This document shows, in pieces, positions 55,188 to 64,000 of a stretch of DNA of 64,000 nt (position 1 is its first letter; every line of letters begins with the position of its first letter). Position numbers and translations under genes: made by a program. The stretch covers positions 3,658,001 to 3,722,000 of the forward strand of contig OX337235.1 of the NCBI GenBank assembly GCA_946965045.2, given 5' to 3'. The stretch is from Epithemia pelagica. Its lineage: Eukaryota; Protista; Bacillariophyta. The notes beneath the pieces are model-generated. The model worked only from the letters and a program-made list of their open reading frames with translations. It had not been told where the DNA came from and ran no database searches.

Positions 55188-56178
55188 GGAAGGAGCAATA
55201 AGGGTGGACGTTCCCCGACATGCGAGTCCAGCAGAGCTGACATGGAATTGGAATCCATCCGTTGCATACCATCCTTCCACACTCGTCGAGATTTCGACCG
55301 GATGGAATCCTCACTCCCCTACCGTCCATGGACCCAACCGCAGGCAAATCTCCTGGACCAGAACGGAATGGGGTACCGTATATACCTTGGTGGTCGAGTA
55401 GTTGGTTCTTCCCACACAAGGACCACCGTCAGTCCCTTGTCCTGATTCCGTACGAACACAACGCATGAGAGTCTCGCCTTTTCCCCCTCATGAAGAGGAG
55501 GTCCCAGTCGTTGGGGCCATTTCAATCTCGTCGTTCTTGGTGGACAAGGACCAGGTCCGCTTGTTTTTCCTCCTCACGCGATTGCAATTCGTATCGGCTG
55601 TCTCTCTCTCTGTCTGATCTCTATATCTTTTTATGAATGAGGATGATCCTCGGATTGCAAGAGAGCAGAGAGAAATGGCTACGAGACTGTCTGATGGAAA
55701 CAAAGATTGAAGATACCTTCAACAGGCCGTGTCTGTCTCACAGTGCCGTGTCTGTCGCAGAACAAAACAGAGCTGGGTAGCGGATCGCACATAGACTACA
55801 TGACAAAAACCCTCAGTATCATTTTCGTGCCAAACACTTATATATGAGTGTATATATAGATATATATGCAAAAGTTTTTCCTCTCCTCTCTGGTATTTGC
55901 TGCCCTGTTATAGGACATGGGTCGGTCCAGCAATGGGTCGTCTCGGATGAGAGGTCTAACGCGATATAGTAGTGGTTGACGGAATGGCTCTCTCTCTCTC
56001 TCTCTATACGCGACACACACACACACGGTTCTACTACATCCTATTCGGAACTACTTTATATATATACTTCAAACTATACTACTACTGTTGAGCAATCCCA
56101 CCATTCCATACACACGTTCTCGTTTGGTTCTTTCTGGAGGTGTGGAGAGAGAGACGGGAGATCCTTGGTATTTGTTAC

Positions 56179-59100
56179 TTACTTACTGTACGCCGGAGCT
56201 CGTTCTTGGACGGGAGGACTTTGCCGCGCGGCATGGTGCTCTTCGGCCGTCACGAGACGTCGAATGTCACTCAATTCAATCTTGTCCAAGACTTCCCCAT
56301 CGTCAAATTTTACGGTATACAACCATGTTCCTCGACGGTAATAGTACTGTTTCGTGTCGGGATGAGTCCGATCGAACTGGGCGGCAATCACGACACACTC
56401 TTCAAACTCCCACTCCTCTTGCTGCTCGTCATTTTCAATCCGCACTTGAATGGTTTGTCCCACCAAGGAGTGTGGAACAAAGCGTTGCACCTGGCCCACT
56501 TTGTATTCCTCAAAATCGTTTTGCACGTCCATGCGGTAATAGGCATCGGCATAGGCATCGGTAACGACCCCCATGTACCAATACTTGCCTTGTCGCACTT
56601 GGGCCAGCGAACCAGAGACCAACCAGGCATTTCTCGACGGTTCTCGAATGGGTGTTTGGAAGGGGTTGGACATGCGAGCCACCATGGAAACTGGAGAGGG
56701 GGATATGGCATGACGACGAAGGTCCAAGGCAATCTCCTCTTGTTCCGGAAGCATGGGCATAACAAACCGCCGTTGTCCAACCGTCCAGGTGGTTTTCTGG
56801 GACGACGCCAAGGTTTCTTCCCACGTTTTATCCAAGGCGGAACCATCGGGGGTTGCCTGCAACAGATCCGGCACTGGACGAGCCAGGGATGCCGACGATT
56901 TTGACGGCGATTTGGCCGACACTAATACCGATGGTTTGGTGACGAGATGTTGCGTCGAGGCTTGATCCGCGGTTTCCAGGGCGGTTGTCCAGAGCCGTTC
57001 TTGCAGTTGCAACAAGGTGGGCACCGCATGGCGATAGGCCAGGGCCGTGGTGCGATAAATGCCAAACCGCCATTCCGACAACAGGGGTTCCATGGTTTCG
57101 CGCATCAACCGATGCAAAATGGGATACACGGCACGACTCACAAGTCGATGCGACAAGAATTCCAAGGCTTGAGTGTGACTCTGCAACATCCATCGACCAC
57201 CCCGTCCTTGTTGCAAAAAGCGTGCCGGTTCGCCCGTGTCTTGGCCATGACGCAGTGTCTGATAGATCCAATGCGCCACGGCATCCCGGGCCATCCACAC
57301 CATGGCCGAAGGATTCTTCTGTTCCACGCTACCACGGTTGGCCACAAAGGCTTGGACGTGTCGATTCAATTGCCGATTGCCATAATGTCCCTGATCAATC
57401 AAATCCTTGACAATGCCCAAATAGTGCGAGCCACCCAAGCGATACTCGAGCAAGACATCGGAGCGGGTGGGATAGGTGGACCATCCCTGGCTGACAATAT
57501 CGGGAAAGTTGGCCTCATCGTTCAAGACAGATGTGTACAAGCGGTGTTGACGAATGTTGCGAGCCCAGAGGGTACCATCCACATGATGCCGTGCCGCGGA
57601 CCAACCGGCATAGACCACCCCAGCCATGGCGCTGGCCTGAAGCATACCGCGTTGCCATCCACGCAGTGGTTTCGGGTTGTTGTTGGTGGTGGTGTTCGTA
57701 TTGCCACTTCCTCCCACGAGCGTATAGACGAGGACATGGAGGACCAGGGCACTGGCGGCGCACATACTGGTGAATTGATGCACTCGTTTCAGCGTGGCTT
57801 GAAAGTAAAACATCCAAGCCAAGTCATGGTCCAATTCCTCCTCGGTCAAGTGGTGGGGATGCAACCATGACGGGACAAAGGGCAAGAGTTTGCCCTCTTC
57901 TTGCTTTTCTTCCAAATAATCGGCATCGTAATAATTGGCATCGTTGGTAATGCGAAAGGCCAAATTGGCCAAATAATCGTACCCCCATTCGGCCGGGTTG
58001 GGTTTGGCATTGTACAAGCCGTAGGATCGCAACCAATTCCACGGAAATTGCATATAGGTCGAGGCCTGTTGCAAATCCTTCCACGTGTGGCCCTGTCATT
58101 ACGGTAGAGAAACGACCACACAATATGGACATTCAAGACACGGGTCAGGGCACGGGGTGACACAATGAGAGAGAGTCCACGTCGAACCACTCCTACTACT
58201 ACTTACCCACGAATCATGTCGCAACGACATGGTGGCACCTTGAGAAATTTGTCGCGATTCGGCGTGATGGTGTCGGGGTTGCGGTCCAAGGGTCAAAATG
58301 AGCATGACGCGATCCAAACCATCGGGATCCTGGTGGGCCGATCCGCGATGAAAGGAATTCATATTCATGAGCAGGGCATCGCCGGCATTCCAATAGCCCG
58401 TGGCCGGATCCACCATTGGGTAGCCATGGGTTTCGCACACGCTGCCCGTATCGCCGCGACTGCAATAGTGCAATCCGGGACAAATGCCCGTGGCACCCAT
58501 GCGGGCCGTCGTATTTTGCAATTGGACAAACAAGCTCCACAAGGGATCAAAGGAGCGTCCATATTGCAAGGCCGACGTATGGGGGATGATATCGTCGTGA
58601 TAATGTTGATCCGTCGCCCCGTACGTGGCCGTAATGGCTGTCAATTCCACCAAGGCGGGATCCGGTCCCATGACTTGTGTCACCAATTCGCTGTCATGAT
58701 ATAATAGAATCATACAAACGAACCATGGAATGATCGAGGACGACGACGACGACAAAAGAGAACAAACCAAGAAAGCCATGCACGTAGTAGCCATGACCAA
58801 ACAAGACACGCCAGCAAGCAAAAGCAAGAGAGAGAGCCACGCGAAAGTGAGAGACGATTGTCAATCTCCGAGGCACCACACGAATCCGCAAATACGACAC
58901 ACGATCGTCTCCACACAAGGACGACAACGACCACAGGCATGCACGCCGACACACACACACAGGAACGCGACACGTTCTGGATACTACGATACGTACGTGA
59001 CTTGGGGATGATTGGTCAATTCCATGACAGCTTGGGCGACAATGGGCACGGTCGTGTCCAATCCAAAACTGTACCGGTGATCATTTTCCAAGACAAAGTA

Positions 59101-59622
59101 GGTTTTGCCAATTTCGGCATTGCGTTGTCGAATATACTGCCGCAAGCCTTGCATGGTGTTTGGTGACAGCGTGGATCGGACCACACTAAAGCCGTGCTGG
59201 ATATGATGGTGATAATAGGACTGGTCCGGATCCATGCTGCTGGAACGGTCGTTCGTCGTTGTTGGCATTGGCATTGGTGTGGGCGGCGGCGGCAAGTACA
59301 AGTCGGCCGGATTGTGGGTGGACAGTTCGTCGGCGGTACAGGTGCGAGCATAATAGGTACATTCGTCCGCTTGTCGATCTTCGGTCCACCAGGCATCCCG
59401 CACTTGGGGTTCCCAATACTGTGTGGCGACATGATGCATCCACGCCGTGACGGCCACTGCCACCAAACTGCCCCACACAACGACAGTGAAAACTCGCCAG
59501 GCCAACCAGGTAGCGGTAGTCGTAGTGGTGGTGGTGGTGGTTTTGTGACTGTTGTGGTTGGAAGGAGACGCAGTCGTCGTTGTGGCCGTGGCGGCGGTTG
59601 GAGCCGACGGTTCGACCAACAT
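56179..59622 (-). CDS. ~1007-aa PhyH-like 2OG-Fe(II) dioxygenase with TM helices, DUF6824-like and tandem Tudor-like domains; exons 59622-58997, 58690-58207, 58092-56179
   Basis: Two GT-AG introns (GTACGT..ACAG, GTAAGT..ACAG) join three ORFs in frame (3024 nt). Metal-ligand motifs QHYHDD and FHRG; SLFVQLQNTTARMGATGICPG. Additional 5' exons cannot be excluded. Confidence 0.78.
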
Positions 59623-60270
59623 ATGCTCTTGTTCTGCTTCGTTTTGGAACGACTTGTCAGTGTGGTTCTCGCGTTCACGTTACAAGGCTCGTCGTTGTCG
59701 TCGTCGTCGTCTCTCTCTCTCTTCTCTTGGTTGGTGGAGGAACGATCCAATATTCGGATTGGACAAATCACACAATGGCTCTCCTTCTTCACACAGACCG
59801 ACCTTCCAACACAACAGTCAAAAATTGACGAGACACACACACACCCAAAAAAACATATTGGGGCCCGCCCCACAAAAAGGGCCACTCCGTCGTCGTATCT
59901 GTATTCTATATGGACGCGCGTGCGCTCTACATTCCAACGCTCGGCGCAAAGAATCTCGAGCGTCTCAATCACGACATTTTTAAGACCATACACTACTCCG
60001 TATCCAGTTCGATACCGCTCCATTGTGGTTCGCGTTGTGGTGCGGAGAGTTCGCATTGTGTTTGGCAAGAGCCGACCACACAAGACTCTGTTGCGGGACT
60101 CATGTCGGTCGAGATTCTTCGGGTTTTCGGTTTTTCGGCCAGGTTGGATACTCATCTCGTACTCGTCCTCTATTATTCGAGATTGGAGATGCGGTCCATT
60201 TCTCATCAGCTCTTGACTCTCGCTCTCTCCTGTCGGGGGACGGCCACCCTTGTTCCTTCGAATGGCGCCT

Positions 60271-62784
60271 TTTGAGGTTGACACCTTTTACTCTGGAATT
60301 CTTCTTCCTTGTCGTCGTCATTGTCGTCATCCTTGTCATGCTCCTCGTCGAATGCCTCCTCCCCGCATTGTGTGGTTCGACCAATGGACACTGTGGACGT
60401 TCCGTGACAATAGGGACTGTCTCTCTCATGTGTGGTCGTCCCCCTCTAGAGAGATCTCTCCAGTTCCAATCGGATCCACCACCCATTGTCATTATCAAAT
60501 GCATTGCGAAACTACAACAGCACAATCGTACAACCGCATCCGGGATTCTTCCATGACGTTGGACGCTTGTTCGTCGCTAAATGTCGGTGCTTCTTGTCAC
60601 AAAACGACACTTGCGCGCGCGCAAGGGTCCAGTGTGTCCTGTGCATTGCATGTTCGCTGGGGGGCACCACGACGGACCGTACGAATCGGACATAAACGTT
60701 CCGGGCAAGGAAACGGACGTGAGCGACAGTACCACGAGAGAACGACCGTCCAGCTGGACTCCGAGGCATGGCACACGAGTACATGGAACGTCGAGAATCT
60801 CCCAACTACGACCGACACACGTGTCCTGTCCAAATCCACTCCCCCGACCTGTGCCGTGTTGTCGCTTGGTAGTTTCGTTGGGAAACTCAACAACAAGACA
60901 GACTGTGAGGCCTTTCTGGCATGGTTCGAACACGACACTACTACAGTACTCGACAAGTCGCATGCGCAACCACCACAAACGGATGACGGAACCGAATCGC
61001 ATCAATTCGAACATTCTTTTGGTTTGGGAGTCGTGTGAGGCTACCAGAACGTGGTTGTCAGTCTCGCCGTGAGGAGTTTGTTTTCGATATCCAAACACCT
61101 CCACGGTGGTATTCCGAATTCATAGAATATAAGTGGTTTTGTGGGACTGTTGCGGTCCATATCTGTCTCGCGACGATCGCTCGTGTTTCGATCCATCCAT
61201 TTCGTCAAGTCAGTCGTGCTTCCAGTCCGCATCACAGGAGCAAACAAATCACGAACCTGTCACAAAACTACAGTGTCGATCCTCATAAATTCTGCAGTCA
61301 CCGTTTGGAACCATGAGCTTGACACTGAAAGAGCAAGCATGGCAGTCGGGCCTTGTCCTTTTGGACGAGAGAGCAGAATGGAATGAAACCGATTGGCCTC
61401 CGCTTCTGGGAGGATGGCGTGGCGATCATGCGTCAGTCGTACTGGATCATCCCGATCAGGACAACAACAACAATGGACAGACGGTCGTGGTGTTGGGAGG
61501 AAGACAACCACACAAAGGCTTTGTCAACTCTGTTTTGTTATTGAACTTGGCAGAATCATACAAGCAGTGGCGAGAAGGACCGCCTTTGAACCAGGAACGT
61601 GAAAGACATGCGGCTGTTGTGTGTAATGGAGGCATCTACGTGATGGGAGGACTCAATAACTTCTGTTCGTTGTTGGATTGTATCGAGCGGATTGATGTTA
61701 TTGATTTGGCACAATCATCTTTAACAACATCAAGCACCTCAAAAAAGAATCATTGGACGACATTGACTACTAGGTTATCAACGGAACAATGGGGATGTTG
61801 TGCCGTTGCGGTTCACAATCGGTATATCGTGGTAATGGGTGGACGCAACCGGCAGAGATTGTCTTCAGTGGATATTATTGACACCAGCAACCATACTGTG
61901 ATTGCGGGACCAGGCATGACTGTTCCACGAGTATGGTGTGCCAGTGCGGTCATTGGTCACCGCATCTTTGTTGTTGGAGGCTTCAACGAGGACGGCAAAC
62001 TTGACTCGGTGGAGTATTTGGACTTTGCAAAGCCCTGCTACAATGAGGAGAGAAACGGCTCTCTGTCTACATTCATTTCCTCCTTGTCTGGCTGGACGAC
62101 TCACTCTGATCTGGTACTTTCCAACCCACGATATTCTTGTGCAGTGGTTGCCGTTGGATCTTGTCTGGTGGTGACGGAAAACAATCGAACCGTGCAAGTC
62201 CTGGATACGAAGCGCAACCGCGTGTGGAATCTCCCACCATTAGAAAATCGCCATGACGACGGCAGTATGGTGACTGTTGGCAATCAAGTTGCCCTGATAG
62301 GGGGAATGGACAATCCTTCCTGTGCGACATATTCATTAGTCGACAGGAATACGTGGTGTTTTCGTCGACTCTGTGAGCAGCCTCGGAATGTACGGTATCA
62401 GTGTCATGAAAGATTGGGGAACGGAGACGTCAATACTACATCCTGCACCATCTCGTCGTCGACTCTTAAACGATTGAGGACCCTAGATTATCCTGATTGT
62501 GACCAAGGGGAGGATGACACTGGAAATGTACAACAGGTTGCACGACCATGAGCCCGGAAACTATCTCAGGTGGTCATTATACTCTCGTACAAAAGAGGGG
62601 ATCGTGCCAATACTTAATTACGTTGTGAATCATGTAAGTTAATGAAATACTTTTCAATCTCTATACCTAGACTGGAGTGGCTTGCTCTGCCGGAAAAGAC
62701 ATTACAGTAGACGGAGATCAAAGAGCAACTCCTTGCATGTTACATTGCATATGACCGCACATGAATAACCTTCTAAAGCCATGA
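60271..62784 (+). repeat. Right arm of the second inverted duplication (K8 plus flanks)
   Basis: Reverse-complement match to 52648-55187. Confidence 0.9.
61313..62551 (+). CDS. Kelch-propeller-only protein K8 (412 aa)
   Basis: Intact ORF with six kelch blades. Confidence 0.92.
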   Translation: MSLTLKEQAWQSGLVLLDERAEWNETDWPPLLGGWRGDHASVVLDHPDQDNNNNGQTVVVLGGRQPHKGFVNSVLLLNLAESYKQWREGPPLNQERERHAAVVCNGGIYVMGGLNNFCSLLDCIERIDVIDLAQSSLTTSSTSKKNHWTTLTTRLSTEQWGCCAVAVHNRYIVVMGGRNRQRLSSVDIIDTSNHTVIAGPGMTVPRVWCASAVIGHRIFVVGGFNEDGKLDSVEYLDFAKPCYNEERNGSLSTFISSLSGWTTHSDLVLSNPRYSCAVVAVGSCLVVTENNRTVQVLDTKRNRVWNLPPLENRHDDGSMVTVGNQVALIGGMDNPSCATYSLVDRNTWCFRRLCEQPRNVRYQCHERLGNGDVNTTSCTISSSTLKRLRTLDYPDCDQGEDDTGNVQQVARP

Positions 62785-63469
62785 CGTTTGTGACAGTCGG
62801 ACCCATGCGACATGGTCAGCTATCCTTGTAGTTGATAATGAGCGACCCACTAGACAAAACGGTTAGATCAACATGTTCTCTAGCAGAGCAGGAGGAACAG
62901 GACAAGAAGGTGAAGCCATGATGATCTTTGTGGACTGTGTGCCATGATTGAGAGCCATGAAGGACAATACTAAAAGGCAGGTTCCACACGTCGAGGTCGA
63001 CAAGTCCCCAATGACAGAGTCTGTATTGGAACTATTTTGTGGTGGTTGGTGGAGAAGAACGAGTCATGTTGCCCTCGTGATTGAGGACATTGCTTGTTCG
63101 TGGCTGAAACCACACAGTCTGTTACCAACAAGAGGTTGGGGCCATGTTGCAAGGGGGAAGAGGAACATGGTTCAATCTATTCCCACGTGGGATACGCGTA
63201 TATCAGTTGAGCGATACTCTTCGCGCCGAGCTGTCCTTGGCCGTTGTTCAATTAATCGAACGTATGCCAAACGTCATTTGTCGCCATTGTTTTTGCAATC
63301 TGTTTCAAGTCATGGTCAATGTTCCGCTATTCGGAATTGCACTGCAGTCTCGTAACCAATGAATCATCCCATTGCCCCCCACATCGCAATTCGCGACTCG
63401 AAAGTGTCGCTATGGCGTTGACGCTCCGTTCACCAAAGCCAGAGATACCGCTTTGAGACCATTTTCGGA

Positions 63470-63720
63470 TCTTGACAGCCTCCCAAGGGAACTTGTTCGT
63501 CTTCCTCTTGGTGTTGCTGCCTTGTCGTTGTCCGATCATTTTCACATGAACATCATGGACGGATGGAACATCATGTGAACAAAGAAGAGGAAGGTGCAGA
63601 ATCTGACGGTTCCTCAGCTTTGCTGTGCGTCGTTGCAATTCATCTTTCTCGTTTCGTTGCTGGTTGATGCTGTAGAGCGCCTCGATCCAAAGAAAAGGCC
63701 CGAATAGTAGTATTAGTCAT
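63470..63720 (-). repeat. Inverted, internally deleted copy of about 51610-52030 (LRR-relic region)
   Basis: 63630-63718 is the reverse complement of about 51610-51710, and about 63535-63570 of about 51920-51955. Confidence 0.75.
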
Positions 63721-64000
63721 CTGTCTGTGTATATATACTTCACCATTCACCACACTTGAGATGACAGCTTCGACAGTATCTGCTCTCATCGTCTCGTCTC
63801 ATTTTTGTTCGAAAAAGAGGCAACAACCAACAGTTTTGGATTGTTCATCTGCGAGTGTTGATACTTCGTCGCTTTTGAGATGACAGCAAACAGAGCATCG
63901 CGACAATGTGCTCCCCGTCATCACATCAGTTTTGTTTTTTGTGTCATGAAGTCTATGTGCGAGCCGTACGCACTACAGACATCCTTTCACCTCCACACAT

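Noticed and set aside
1-64000. tRNA, rRNA or snRNA genes
   Set aside because: No complete cloverleaf or rRNA-like stretch was seen; the only tRNA-like sequence is the partial match at the copia PBS.

Overview
Eukaryotic DNA, most consistent with a diatom (CoDi-type Ty1/copia element, DUF6824-like domains, short GT-AG introns); the species cannot be determined from sequence alone. The window is dominated by an array of nine intronless kelch-propeller-only genes (K0 partial 1-228, K1 8393, K2 10919, K3 14252, K4 25896, K5 29345, K6 49772, K7 52944, K8 61313). Their beta-strand scaffold is conserved, while the top-face loops differ in almost every copy. They are sequence mosaics of one another and sit in nested inverted duplications that bracket single-copy genes: a PB1/coiled-coil/CBM6-like protein, two head-to-head ~1400-aa disordered tail-anchored proteins, and a PhyH-like dioxygenase fusion. 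Five kelch genes share a ~45-bp upstream motif followed by a small hairpin and G/C tracts, and that same promoter region is the breakpoint of a 3.6-kb tandem duplication (RING gene plus truncated ABC transporter). One repeat copy carries a young but disabled 6.3-kb copia element with identical 175-bp LTRs, a 6-bp TSD confirmed by an empty paralogous site, and a PBS resembling the 5' end of initiator tRNA-Met. The last repeat copy ends exactly at a perfect 36-bp palindrome. The best candidate for an undescribed system is a rapidly diversifying kelch recognition repertoire, possibly ubiquitin-ligase substrate receptors. All domain calls are by eye, not from database searches.
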